From assembly GCA_051313645.2 (NCBI GenBank), contig JBNRSN020000001.1, positions 228,594,001 through 228,658,000 of the forward strand: 64,000 nucleotides of DNA. Direction: 5' to 3'. The notes under the pieces are model-generated. The model worked only from the letters and a program-made list of their open reading frames with translations, did no database searches and was not told the origin of the DNA. The first letter of the stretch is position 1, and each line of letters opens with the position of its first letter. Shown here piece by piece: positions 12,423 through 25,070 of this stretch. Source of the DNA: Centroscyllium fabricii. Taxonomy: Eukaryota. Made by a program: the position numbers and the translations under genes.

Positions 12423-13125
12423 CAGGTTGTGCACCGAAAATCCGTGACCCGAAACGCCGGCAGCTTCAGTCTGCTGGAACAAATTGCCCCGACTGCACTG
12501 CGCATGCGCAAGATGGCAGCCGCGATCGCGGCTTCGGTGAATGATCTGCGCATGCGCCGCCGAACGGCGAGCGCATGCGCAGATCATTCAAAACAACTGC
12601 CAGGTGTTTTGAATGATCTGCGCATGCGTTGCCGGACGACTAGCGCATGCACAGATCATTCAAAACGGCCGCCGGGCCTTCCGTGGCGTCAGGGCGAAAA
12701 TAAAACAACTGGAAGCGCACGGTTCCCGGCGAGCAGGCTGGCCCTGTGCGGGAGCCGTGAATGGGAATGTTGAGCGGAGTTCCTTACCCGGCTTTGCTGC
12801 TGCTGGAGTCAGTGGATGAGCGGCTGGCTGAGTGAGTGAACAGCTCCAGCCCGTGTCTCAGCAGTACTAGCACATCCAGTGAGCACTCACTCTAAAAATA
12901 GCTCCCCTCCCCCTGCACCAATCCGCACATACACATGGCCCCACTCAGCCCCCTCTTTTGGACTTTTCCTGCATCGTTCGGTGGCCATTTCCAATGTTGT
13001 GCGCATGCGCGCGGCCATTTTGCATGGTGCGCGCATGCGCACTGACCGACTTCATTCTGCCGGTTTTTTCACTTTCCCGGCACGGGCCTGGTCCCGCCCG
13101 TGCCGGATTTCCGGTGCGCAACCTG
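12423..13125. mobile_element. Tigger/pogo-like MITE, same family as 10404-10890
   Basis: TIR CAGGTTG(T/C)GCACCG, TA flanks, shared internal sequence. Confidence 0.88.
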
Positions 13126-14377
13126 TATCAGTGTAGGTGCAGTGGAACACTACTGATGCTTATTTGGCTGTAGGGAGTCACACGAAGATCAATATTGGTC
13201 AAATTTTAAACTTCCACTACAGTGTGTGTCTGATATCGTCAGTTCATAATCATACTGTCAGTTCATATCTGGTATTTGTAAATATTTGCATTGAATTATT
13301 TTCCAGAAACTGCCAACACATTGTGTATAGCAGGTGAGGTAGGAGTACAGAATAGAAGTTTAAAATCTGTTACAAAAAATAATTGTAAATAATGTGGTGC
13401 AGTGTGAGTTAATCTTATTATCAAAGCTAGAGTATCTGATTATAGCGATCCCAGTCTTTATACAGGGATACTGTGAGTATGTATTTGAAGTTATGAGGGA
13501 TGTGGAGAAAGATATCAAAATCAGGGCCAACTATAATCAGCTTTTTTCCCCCTAGTTACAAACATTACAGAGTTGTTTATTCTTGTTAATTCATCAACAG
13601 TTGCTGGCAACATAACTCACGTCAGTAAGCTGCCCTACCTAGGCTGTCAATAAGAATCTGCTTGTGTTTTTTTAATTTTTGGTGTCAGGTGAGAAATAAG
13701 TAAAACGTGTGAGCTGTTTCTCTGACTGCATTTTATTACTGTATCCTAATTAGCAAAAAGCTAGGCTTTGAAACCATTCCGCAGTTGATCAGAAACTGAT
13801 TTTCAATAATGTAGCCTCACCTTTAGGAAAGTCTCATGTAAGGCGAAATGTTGCAAACAGGTACAGGATTTCTTGGAGGTGCTGATGATGAGGGTTAATT
13901 GTTACTATGCTAACTAACTAGAACTAAAAGTTTTTTTAAATAATGCTGATAATGAGACAGATTTATTACTGGGAAAAAACCTGTAAAATTAGATTTGTCA
14001 TGCATTAAGTACATTGCATAACAAATCTAATTTGTACCAGTGTTTAATTTTGAATCAGTTGTGATCTACATTCCTAATTTATAAACTGACAAAGTAAAAT
14101 TATGATTTCTAATAGTTTACATGTAGACAAACTTCAAGTTGCTAGCAGTTTTTTAAGCTCCAACTGCTAAGTGTTTCCTTTGATTAAAATGATTTAAACT
14201 GGTGGCTATTATCGATGAGAGGCAAGAGCCATTGTGTTATTTTTAATTCAGATTTTATCATTACTTTTGCAGAGTCCCAAACAGGTTGATGCGTTAAACC
14301 CTGCCTGAATGAATTGGTCTTTTAGCTATCTGTTAACTACAATTGATTAATGATACCTCATATATCTGTTTCTGAAG

Positions 14378-15394
14378 GTCACCTATGAAGCTCACAAAGA
14401 GTACTTAGCCAAAATGTATGAAGAGTATCAAAGGCAAGAAGAGGAAAACATCAAAAAAGGAAAAAAGGGCAGTGTCAGCACAATCTCTGGCCTTTCATCT
14501 CAAGCAGTAGGATCCAAAGGAGGCATAGAAATCAGAGAAATTGAAGATGGTTCCCAGACTCAGAGCCCAGAGAGTGAAACTGACTACCCTGTCAACACCG
14601 ATTCTAGAAATCTCCTAGTTGAAGCAAGAATATCCAGTAATGGAGCAGGAGGTTCAGACAGATCAACAACAGCGGTACACGTGGAGGTCCATGATCTCTT
14701 GGTGGATATCAAAGCTGAGAAAGTAGATGCCACTGAAGTAAAGCTTGATGATCTAGATCTGTCACCTGAGACACTGTTAGCTGCAGAGACTTGTAACCTG
14801 GTAGAAGTAGAATCTCTGTTAGACAATGTATATACTTCTGCTGTTGAGAAACTTCAGAGCAATATTAGTAACACCTCCATTACTCAACAAAGAGAACAAA
14901 GAGACAGTGGTCCCTTGATATCTCTGGCAGATGAAAAGGATGATGAACCTGTTAATAGTACCTCATTTCTCTTTGATAAAGCAACAAACCATCAGGAAAA
15001 ACTATTGGCTGAACTGCCTACTGCTGACAATCTTTCCATTACAAATGTGCCAGAGAACCAAATACACACAAGTGCTAGTGATGACCTGGGGCTGTTAGCT
15101 CATATGACTAGTAATTCAGACATTACAAGTCCAAAACCTATAATTGAGGATAAGGATTTCAAAATCCCAACCAACTTGGATGAAATGAGCATTCTGTCTG
15201 AATCAGAGGGAATTGTTCCAAAAGTAATGGAATATACTGAAATGATTGGCACGCCTATTGATTCAGAACTGTCTTCAAAAAAAACTGTTGGTAATTTAGA
15301 CGCTGCTAGCACGGTATCTGATACTGATAGATCTGAAGATGGCAAAGAAGCAGGGAAGGAAGTTAAAAAGATTCAAACTACTGCCACAACCCAG
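14378..15394 (+). CDS. NBEA: Neurobeachin large coding exon, 1017 nt (VTYEAHKEYLAKMYEEYQRQEEENIKKGKKG...QTTATTQ)
   Basis: tctgaag acceptor and CAG|gtaaga donor; phase 0-0; open frame of 339 codons. Confidence 0.96.
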
Positions 15395-15454
15395 GTAAGA
15401 TTAAAAAGGTTCCTCTGCTTTGCTCATCTTGTTAATTATAGTCTGTTTTTGTAA

Positions 15455-15875
15455 CAGCCCGTGGCTCAGTAGGTAACACTCTCGCCTCTGAGTCAGAAGG
15501 TTGTGGGTTCAAGTCCCACTCCAGAGACTTGAGCACAAAAATCTAGACTGACACTCCCAGTCTAGTGCTGCACTGTTGGAGATGCTGTCTTTCGGATGAG
15601 ACGTTAAACTGCTCTCGACGTAAAAGATCACATGGCAATATTTGAAGAAGAGCAGGGGAGCTATCCCTGGTGTCCCAGACAATATTTATCTCTCAAACAA
15701 CATCACTAAAAAAATAAATTATCTGGTCATTGTCATTATTACACTGCTGTAGGTGCACACTGCTGCGTTTCCAACATTACAACAGTGACTACACTTCAAA
15801 AAGTACTTAATTGGCTGTTAAGCGCTTTGTGACGTCCTGAGGTCATGAAAGGTGCTTTATAAATGCAAATCTTTC
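15455..15875 (+). mobile_element. tRNA-headed DeuSINE (SacSINE1-like)
   Basis: A box TGGCTCAGTAGG, B box GGTTCAAGTCC, Deu-type core; related minus-strand copies listed separately. Confidence 0.75.
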
Positions 15876-16039
15876 TGTTAAATAATGTTTTAAATCAAAT
15901 TTATAAATCACAACGTATTGCTTTTTATTTTGTCAGAAATGTGAGTGAATTTACATTTGTCTATTGGTTATATTTGTTTATGCTCTTCAGTGTCCATCTG
16001 TTGCCATGCAGCCAACAGTGTTTAATGGAAAAACAGCAA

Positions 16040-16470
16040 TGTATTTCCAAGTCAGGATATGGTATGTAACTTGGAGGGGAACTTGGAGGTGCTGGTGTTC
16101 CCATGCACCTGCTGCCCTTGTTCTTCTAGGTGGTAGAGGTCATGGGTTTGGGATGTGCTGTTGAAGAAGCCTTGGCGAGTTGATTTTGTAGATGGTACAC
16201 ACTGCAGCCACGTTGCGCCGGTGGTGGAGGGAGTGAATGTTTAAGGTGGTGGATTGGGTGCTGATTAAGAGGACTACTTTGTCCTGGATTGTGTCAAGCT
16301 TTTTAAGTGTTATTGGAGCTGCACTCATCCAGGCAAATGTAGAGTATTCAATCACACTCCTGACTTCTGCCCTGTAGGTGGTGGAAAGGGGAGTTAGAAG
16401 GTGGTTTATTCACTGCAGAATACCCAGCCTGCTCTTATAGCCACAGTATTTATGTGGCTGGTCCAGTATC
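16040..16470 (-). mobile_element. CR1/L2-group LINE RT 3' fragment
   Basis: EYSTFAWMSAAPITLKKLDTIQDK; same family as 62375-63170. Confidence 0.75.
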
Positions 16471-16584
16471 CAGAAGTCCCACTTAGGCTGCTCACCAGCT
16501 TCTGCCGCTGAAAGAGATACCTGTAGACATTCACGTATCTCTGGTAAACAGGATCGAGTGCAAACTAATATGGTTGGGTACATT

Positions 16585-17334
16585 GGGTCAGAAATTCGGG
16601 TTGGAGGCTTCCCGCGAGTGTAAGCCTCCAACCTGCACTTAGCTAGCGCGCCAGCCGTTGAGCTGTGGCCCCCGCATGGAATTACTATGCGGGGCCCTCC
16701 TGAACTGCCGGCTTGCTGTGCTCCAGGATCCCAGCGGCGAAGATAGTGTGAGGGATCGCGCGGGATCACGTGGGCCACGGAGAGCCAATCGGAGCACAGA
16801 ATGCTCCATTCATAAGTTTGACAAGAAGACCTGTCAAACTTATGAATACTACAAGCCCCAAAACCTCAGCAAATCTTCAAATAAATTTTAAAAAACCCAC
16901 ATTTTTTAAAATAACTATCAATTACATAAATTAGTTATTGTAAACAAAAACAAAAAATAATAATTACATTTTTAACGGGGCTAAAAATAAACTAATTTTC
17001 TTTGAAGTATTTAAAAATAAAAAACCTGTGGAAAAAATGTTTTAAATTGAATTAATTCACCACTTACCTTCTGAAAACCAGTCTTTGCACATGAAAAAAG
17101 CAGCCGTAACTTTTTCCATACTTACCCGCACACAGACCTGTAAAACAAATCGGACGTCCATTGCGCACGCGCTGCCGCGCACACATATGCGTTGCGACAC
17201 CTGACTCCTGTCAGGGGATCGGAAGTGCCGGTTTCGCATGCATGCGCTATGCATGCACGAAACCAGCACTTCGGATGGGCCTACGGGTGAGTACCCAGCG
17301 CGTACTCACGGGTTGGGACTGGAATTTCTGGGCC
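16585..17334. mobile_element. Harbinger-type MITE family A
   Basis: Ends GGGTCAGAAATTC / GAATTTCTGGGCC with a 3-bp ATT duplication; homologous to 23213-23943 and 57752-58493. Confidence 0.75.
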
Positions 17335-17792
17335 ATTGTGTTTAATCGGAGTTTAGGACGGAATTTCACACACTAGTAATACAGCAAAAAATACGACCGT
17401 GATAAGTAGCTGGTACCGGACCTGATTGGACAGGCGGTTGGCGTGCATGAACAGTTCTCTGGCTTCTGGCCTCTTTCTCTCTAGAACCTCCGATGGTGAG
17501 TGTGGGATCACTCTCAAAAGAGCGTCCGACCAGCCCAACTTCTCTTTGCAACTTCTGCTCAGCTCTCCCCTCCACCGTCTGTGTGGGCAAGCCCTTGGGG
17601 TGTCACTTTTATTCTCTTTTTAGGGGTGGGCCTGAGGCCAAGTTATTGACCAGACCATTTAACCTATAGAGGTTCCTCTAAAACCTCATCACCCAATGAC
17701 ACCTCAAGTCCTTTGTCTTGGTTCTTGGATGAAAGCCCTCCCCAAAAGGGGGCCTCATTACTTCATCCAATTTGTCTTATTGTTTAATCTTT

Positions 17793-18340
17793 CAGCGCCT
17801 GTACTTCCTAAGGAAGCTGAAGAAAGCCAGGCTGTCATCCGGCATCCTCTCCAACTTCTACCGCTGCACAATAGAAAGCATACTGACAAGCTGCATCACT
17901 GTCTGGTATGGTAATTGCACTCTCTCGGACCGGAAAACCCTGCAGCGGGTAGTCAAAACTGCCCAACGAATTACCGGTACACAGCTACCGTCAATGGAAA
18001 GCATCTACCTCAAACGCTGCTTACGGAGGTCTATGAACATTATTAAAGACCCCACACACCCCAGCCAGTCTGTTCGCCCCCCTGCCCTCCGGGAGACGCT
18101 ACAAAGCAATTTGCACCCGCACGACTAGATTTCAGAACAGCTTCTTCCCCAGGGCTGTCAGCCTCCTGAACTCTAAAAAGAAACTCCAGTACCTGCACGC
18201 CTGATAATGTACTCTACTGTATGCATTTTGCATGTAATTTATTTATTTTATTTGCACTACTCTCGGGAGAGTCGAGTCTTCGTCTCGTTGTATTGTACTA
18301 GTACTCTGCAATGACAATAAAACTTGAATTGAATTGAATT
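17793..18340 (+). mobile_element. Rex1/Babar-type LINE 3' end
   Basis: QRLYFLRKLKKA...FYRCTIESILTSCITVWYG; AATAAAA followed by a (TTGAA)n tail. Confidence 0.8.
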
Positions 18341-19102
18341 CTGAAGGTTCTTCCTTTGGAATTTGTCTCTTATCTCTCTTGACTCTATCCTCCTTAACCC
18401 AGCAAGTACAAGGCCCAACCCTGTCCCTCTTAATCATGGCCCCAGCTAGAGCTGTCGCACATTAGCCAGTCGCTGTCTCAACTTCATCTAGCAAATGGCC
18501 CATTCTAAGATGGATACCTTGGCCTCCTCAAATTCCTTTCATTCTATGTCTTTTCCTAATTAACTTTTAATTATCATTGCAAGCAGTTCTGCTAAACAAA
18601 CTCCAAATTCTATCTGTAGAGATTATAATATGGTTATTAGTAAAAATGGAAGAAACATAGGCTGGGCCTTCACTGGCCAAATTAAAGATACATTAACAAA
18701 GTCAAACCCTAACTTACAAACAACAGGTAACTAGCCTGGCAGGGCCATCCTACGGGCCCCCGTGTGGAACATTTATGCCTCACCTATCCAACTGATTAAA
18801 AAGATTGTCTCAAATTCTAATGCAGGTTTTCCAGGAAAATGAAACTTATCACTTAAACACAGTATTATTCCTGTAGCCATATACATTTTTAGGCACCCCT
18901 AGTTTCTAACAACCACGCAGAAAATTTAAAGGGACTGCAAATATTGGTGAGAGCAAAGTGTTAAATTGGTAAACTTGAAATAGGCCAATTCAGTGTTGAT
19001 CATTACTCCCACTTCTATCCTCCCAATAATTTATAAACATTAATTCAGACAGTAGATTTAAATGCACAAAATGTCGTGTAAAATAGTAAAATCTTCCATT
19101 AA

Positions 19103-20947
19103 TGAATCATAGAATCATAGAATCATAGAAATTTTACAGTGCGGATAAGGGCCATTCGGCCCATCCAGTCCGCACCGGCCCAGAAAAACTCCTCACTGTT
19201 CTAACCCCAGTTGCCCGCACCTGGCCCATAACCCTGTATGTTATGGTCCTTCATGTGCTGGTCCAAGTATTTTTTAAATGTTGTGATGGTTCCTGCCTCC
19301 ACCACCCTCACAGGCAGGGAGTTCCAGTCTTCCACCACCCTCTGGGTAAAGAAATTTCTCCTTACCTCCCCCCTAAACCTCCCCCCCCTGATCTTGAATC
19401 TATGTCCCCTAGTGCTTGACTCTCCCACCAGGGGAAACAATGCCCCTTTGTCTACCCTATCGTGTCCCCTCATGATCTTGTACACCTCAATCATGTCACC
19501 CCTCCACCTTCTTTTCTCCAAGGCAAACAACCCCAGCCTGTCCAGCCTTTCCTCGTAGCATAGGTCCGCCAGACCAGGTATCATCCTGGTAAACCTTCTC
19601 TGCACCCTCTCCAGGGCAGCCACATCCTTCCTGTAGTGCGGTTACCAGAACTGCACACAGTACTCCAGCTGAGGTCTCACCAGTGTGTTATACAGGTTTA
19701 ACATTACCTCCCTACTTTTGTATACTATGCCCTGGTTAATAAAGGCGAGAATTCCGTATGCCTTCTTAACCACCTTGTTAACGTGTCCAGCAACCTTCAG
19801 GGAGCTGTGCACCTGTACCCCCAGGTCCCTCTGCTCCTCGGTCCTATTTAACGTTTTGTTGTTCATGGTATATTCCCTTACCCCATTTGGTCTACCGAAT
19901 TGAATGACCTCGCATTTCTCTGGGTTGAACTCCATTTGCCATTTTTCTGCCCAATTAACCATTATATCTATATCCTCCTGAAGCCCCTTACTATCCTCAT
20001 CGTTGTTTACCACCCTTCCGATTTTCGTATCATCAGCGAATTTGCTGATCGTACCCCCTACTCCCATATCCAAATCGTTGATGTATACTAGAAACAGTAA
20101 GGGTCCCAAAACCGATCCTTGGGGGACGCCACTGGTTACTGGTTTCCAGTCACAGAAGCAGCCCTCTACCATTACCCTTTGTCTCCTATCCCCCAGCCAA
20201 TTTTCGATCCACTGTGCCAAGTTACCCTGTATCCCGTGCGCTCTAACCTTTGTTATTAGTCTCCTATGTGGGACTTTATCAAAAGCTTTGCTAAAGTCCA
20301 TATACACTACGTCCACAGTACTCCCTTCATCCACCCTCTTTGTTACTTCCTCAAAGAATTCCAACAGATTGGTCAGGCACGACTTACCTTTGACGAAGCC
20401 ATGCTGACTGTCTCTTATTAGACCTTGGTTGTCCAAATGCGAACTGATTTTATCCCTCAGAATTTTTTCCATTACTTTCCCCACTACAGATGTAAGACTG
20501 ATTGGCCTGTAGTTGCCCGGTTTGTCCCTACTACCCTTTTTAAACAAGGGTACTACATTAGCCGTTCTCCAGTCCTCAGGCACATCCCCTGACGCGAGAG
20601 AGGTCCTGAAGATTTGGGACAGGGGGCCCGCAAGCTCCTCCCTGGCCTCGAACAGCAGCCTGGGGAACATTGCGTCCGGCCCTGGTGATTTGTCCACCTT
20701 TAAGCCTCCCAAGATTTCTAGAACTTCTTCCCTTGTAATGGTAATATCCTCAATTACCCCCCCTACATTCTGTCCGATTTCGATGTCGGTATCGTCCCTC
20801 TCTCTTGTGAATACTGAAGAGAAGAATTCATTTAGTACCTCCCCCACCTCCTCAGGCTCGACGCACAGCTTTCCGCTATCGTCTTTAATGGGCCCCACCC
20901 TTTCCCTCGTGATCCTTTTGTTTTTTATATAACTATAAAATGCCTTA
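19103..20947 (-). mobile_element. 5'-truncated CR1 LINE; RT frame with one nonsense codon at 19642-19644
   Basis: ORFs 19642..20961 and 19201..19623 are in frame (VQFW*PHYRKDV); (TTCTATGA)n tail. Confidence 0.93.
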
Positions 20948-20999
20948 AAATGATTGATCAATTATATGTTGTACTGAAAGTCTATGAGGAGAATTTTTA

Positions 21000-21870
21000 A
21001 AAAGCTGTGGGAAGCTGGCAGGTTTTGGGCGGATCACTTTTCTGTCCCGCCTGCCCAAGGACCTGGGAGGCCCGAGCGATTTTGGCTCAAGTAGCCAATT
21101 AAATCCTCGCCAAACTGTCGGGCTTCCAATACACACTAAAGCCCTTTACATTCACAGTTTGAGTTGGGCGAGCAGTTGATTGATAGGCCTGAGTAGTAAG
21201 AACTCACTAAGCTTGATTGACAGATCTGAAGTGTTGCCTTTGTTCCTATGTTTACATAGCCGTGTGAGTCAGACTTTGGAAGAACCACTTGAAACCACAA
21301 AACAAACAGTTGAAGTGAGTCATGTTTGTTTGTGGTTTCAATGGAATGTAAACAGAAACTGATCCCCTGGGTGATTGACAGCTTGCTTCACAGACACAGC
21401 GCTGCAGCGCGATGTCTGTTAAATAGAAGCGATATGAAGGTGAGTGATTTCAAGGTTTTGGGGCTCTGAAGTTTCTAACCCTTGGGTGGCAGCTGCACCT
21501 CCAGCATGGTGGAGGCTAGCAAGCTGCTGTGTGGGTGCTGTGCCCATGCCTTGAAGGTGGCAGACACCCAGCCGTCTGGGTTCCCACCACCTTTTTCACG
21601 GCGGGTTTTCACCAGGTGGGTTTTGGTTTGGAAGAGGGCTAAAATAGCTGAGGGCCCTTAAAATACGATTAGCCATCCAATTAAGGGCCCTCAACGACCT
21701 CAATCTGTATCCCCGCCGGTGGCAGGCGGGAAACGTCGGGTGGCAAAACCTGCCCGACGAAACTATCAAATGGGCGGGGATCCGGCGGGGTGCCTTCCTG
21801 CTCGCCGGATTGGAATTTTTTAAACTGACCCGCCAGAAACCCGCATTCAGCGACCTCCTAAAATTCCCCC
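21000..21870. mobile_element. Probable Harbinger-derived non-autonomous element
   Basis: Right end AAAATTCCCCCC; TTAAGGGCCC / CCAATTAA motifs shared with 41754-42100 and 47644-48341. Confidence 0.45.
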
Positions 21871-22920
21871 CAATGTGGCTGTTGGCAGAGCGGCTCGAGT
21901 CTGTGGGGCCTCCGACGCGAGAGACCTTCTCTTTTTAGTGTGCTGAGTACGTCAGCCGGAGGCTTTGCAAGGCCTGAACTACAATCATGTGCCATTACCT
22001 GAAGTGCTTGTGCTCCGGGATCCATTCCCGTGTCTAATGAGAAACCCCCTGCCATCGTACTCTGGGTACCGGGAGAGGAAAGAGCAATCGAGATGAGCAG
22101 CCAAGACTTGACTCAGACTAATGTGCAGCTCAAGCTCCGGCTCGTATTCTATTTCTGTCCCATCCAGTGAGCCGGATAGAATGAACTGGCGGGCTGGAAA
22201 CGGCCTGCAGGCCATTTTTTCCCACCACTGGGCTAGAAGCTTCCCTGCTGAGGAAACTCCCAGAAATGGCAATAACCCGATGTAACTGGGTCTGCTCCAG
22301 ACATACGCCGGGAGACTGGCGGTACCCCTGCAGAATTCAGAGAACATCTTTCACCCAATTGCACCAATAAACAAAAATAGCAGTTTATAACTCATGGAAT
22401 GAAATCAAGTCCAGGACTAATTTAGAATTATTCGCTAAAATCCCTTCAGAGACAAGTTGAAACTAAAAACTCGCTGCAAGTTTTTTTTAAAGTTCTAAAT
22501 AAACAATCTTCCAATCGATTCGATTGTGTCAATTCCGAGTCATGCTGCCAATAGCGTTATTTTATATATGTAAAGTATTTATGCCATTGTGCATTTATCT
22601 GAAAAGTTTGCACAGATTTATGGAAACTGAACCCACGAACCGTGAGTAACTCACCTTTCACGTTGCAGTGACAGAGCAAAAACTGCAGTTTCGGGTGGGA
22701 TAACAACACATTGATGCAGCGAACAGCAGATTTGATTTGCCCGCCTCTGTTTTTGGTTATGACTCCCCTGCTGCCTCGGAGACAATGACCCACCTCCTGA
22801 TGTTATGTGGAGTGCGATCAGATGCGGTGGACATTTGGCCTCGAAACTAGGCCTTGGCGGGCTTGATTGAATCTATTGGCGGGCCGGATACGGCCAGTGA
22901 GCCATATTTTGCCCGCGACT

Positions 22921-23200
22921 GACCTAGAAGGACAAGGGCAGCGGGCACATGGGAACATCACCACCTGCAAGTTCCCCTCCAAGTCACACCATCCTGACTT
23001 AGACATATATCTCCGTTCCTTCATCGTCACTGGGTCAAAATCCTGGAACTCCCTCCCTAACAGCACTGTGGCAGAACCTTCACCTCACGGATTGCAGCAG
23101 TTCAAGAAGGCGGCTCACCATCACCTTCTCAAAGGCAGTTAGGGATGGGAAATAAATGATGGCCTGGCCAAAGACGCCCACATTCCATGAAAGAATTAAG
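22921..23200 (+). mobile_element. CR1/L2-group LINE 3' end
   Basis: HGNITTCKFPSK...SWNSLP...FKKAAHHHLLKG; same family as 62375-63170. Confidence 0.75.
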
Positions 23201-23212
23201 AAAATTAATAGT

Positions 23213-23943
23213 GGCCCAGAAATTCGGGGCCCAACGCGTGAGTACGGACGGTGTACTCGTGTGGACCCATCGGAATTGCCAGTTTCTGGCATGCACCGCG
23301 CATGCGCGCGAAACCGGCAATTCCGATCCAGCGACAGAAGGGGTCAGATGTCCGAGCGCGTTCGCGTGCGCGCCAGGGGGTGCGCAATGCACTTCAGATT
23401 TTTTCACAGGTTTGTATCAGGGTAAGTATTTGAAAAATTTACGGCTGATATTTTCAAGCGTAATGAGTAGATTTCATCAGGTAAGTCTTTATTTTATTCA
23501 ATTTAAACATTTTTTTCCACAGGTTTTTCATTTTTAAATAATTTAAAGAATGGTAAGTTGTTTTTAGACCCGTTAAATACTTTAATTATTTTTTTCAATT
23601 TTTTTTGTTTAAAATAGCTAATTTATGTGATTGATAGCCATTTTTAAAAATGTGTTTTTCAAAATTTATGTTAAGATTTAGTGTGGTTTGGGGCTGTAGT
23701 AATTCATAAGTTTGACAGGTCTTCCTGTCAAACTCGTGAATGGAGCATTCTTTGCTCCGATTGGCTCTCCACGGATCACGTGATCCCGCACAGAGCCTCG
23801 CACTAACTCTGACGTTCAGAGGCACCAGCGCGACGCGCCGACATTTCACAAGGCCCCTGGATCGGGATTTCAAGCGGGTGAAATCGGGAACGGCGGTTGG
23901 AGGCTTGCATTCGCGGGAAGCCTCCAACCCGAGTTTTTGGGCT
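23213..23943. mobile_element. Harbinger-type MITE family A (opposite orientation to the 16585 copy)
   Basis: Ends GGCCCAGAAATTC / GAGTTTTTGGGCT; shared internal hairpins. Confidence 0.75.
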
Positions 23944-24060
23944 AATAAAACAATAGCAGATTCTATCTTGGTTTAATTTTATCATTTAATCATAATTTAT
24001 TTCAAAATGGACTTCGATATTCAAGTCTAGTTTAAAGTGAACAGTAAACCACAAGTAACA

Positions 24061-24149
24061 ACAGAAAATGCTGGAAAAACTCAGCGGAGCAGGCAGCATC
24101 TATGGAGAGAGAAACAGAGTTAACGTTTCAGTTCAAAGACCTTTCGTCA
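24061..24149 (-). mobile_element. Penelope-like short repeat with hammerhead core
   Basis: Minus strand CTGACGA-AAGGTCTTTGAACT-GAAACGTTAAC. Confidence 0.65.
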
Positions 24150-24417
24150 GGGTTTGTTGAGAGCTGTTTTAGGTTTTTGTATGTTTCAACTTTTTTAAAT
24201 TTTATTTGCGATAATGAAACCTTTTCTGCAAATAGATATATCCTGAAACTGTTCTTCCCTACTTTTTTTCCCCCAATTTTTCTGTATTTCGTTTTTTTTA
24301 TTACATCTGTTTTAAACATTTTGCCTCTTGAGTCCCACCATCCATGGTGGAGGAGGGTGTTGAAAAGTAGAATTCTGAAGATTCATTAAAATTAATTACA
24401 TCTTTTTTAATTTATAG

Positions 24418-24635
24418 GCTGTTCAGGGACGAGGAGGTGGGTTGCAAGAAAGAGACCTTCGTGTTGATCTGGGTTTCCGAGGAATGCCAATGACTGAGGA
24501 GCAGCGCCGACAGTTTAGTCCAGGACCACGCACCACCATGTTTCGCATTCCAGAATTTAAGTGGTCCCCCATGCACCAGCGTCTGCTGACAGATCTGCTT
24601 TTTGCATTGGAAACAGATGTACATGTTTGGCGGAG
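24418..24635 (+). CDS. NBEA: Neurobeachin coding exon (AVQGR...[14 protein letters not shown]...ETDVHVWR)
   Basis: tttatag acceptor and AG|gtgata donor; phase 0-2. Confidence 0.96.
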
Positions 24636-24759
24636 GTGATAAAACATTGTTTTTTTTTATAAAGAGGCAGTAGATCTCAAATTTTAAAACAACATAGAAG
24701 AGAGAATTTGTATTCATTTAATGCTGTTGGCATCCTTAATATGTCACAAAATGCTGTTG

Positions 24760-25070
24760 TTATTTAGGCAAATGCAGTAGCCAATTTGCACACAGTAAAG
24801 GCCCACAAATAGCAAATAAATGACTGACCAGTTAAACTGTCTGGTGGTGTTGGTTGTCATTGGAAGAACTTACTGTCCTTCAAAATAAAAAGTGCCGTAG
24901 GATCTTTTATGTCGCTCTGAACAGTCAATCAGAGCCTCGGTTTAAGTCTCATTTTAAAAATGGTACCTCTGACACTGCAGCACTTCCTCAGTACTGCACC
25001 AGGTTAGGTGCTCGAGGTTGGAACCCATAACCTTGTAACTCAGAGGCAAGAGTGCTACCACCGAGCCAGC
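24760..25070 (-). mobile_element. DeuSINE, degenerate
   Basis: Reverse-complement similarity to 15455-15875. Confidence 0.55.

Noticed and set aside
14414-15454. 346-aa ORF as a stand-alone gene
   Set aside because: It is an internal NBEA exon with splice sites at 14378 and 15394.
22350-22921. Possible hAT-type transposon end (GGCGGGCCGGAT...GCCCGCGACTG)
   Set aside because: No matching left TIR or 8-bp TSD could be identified.
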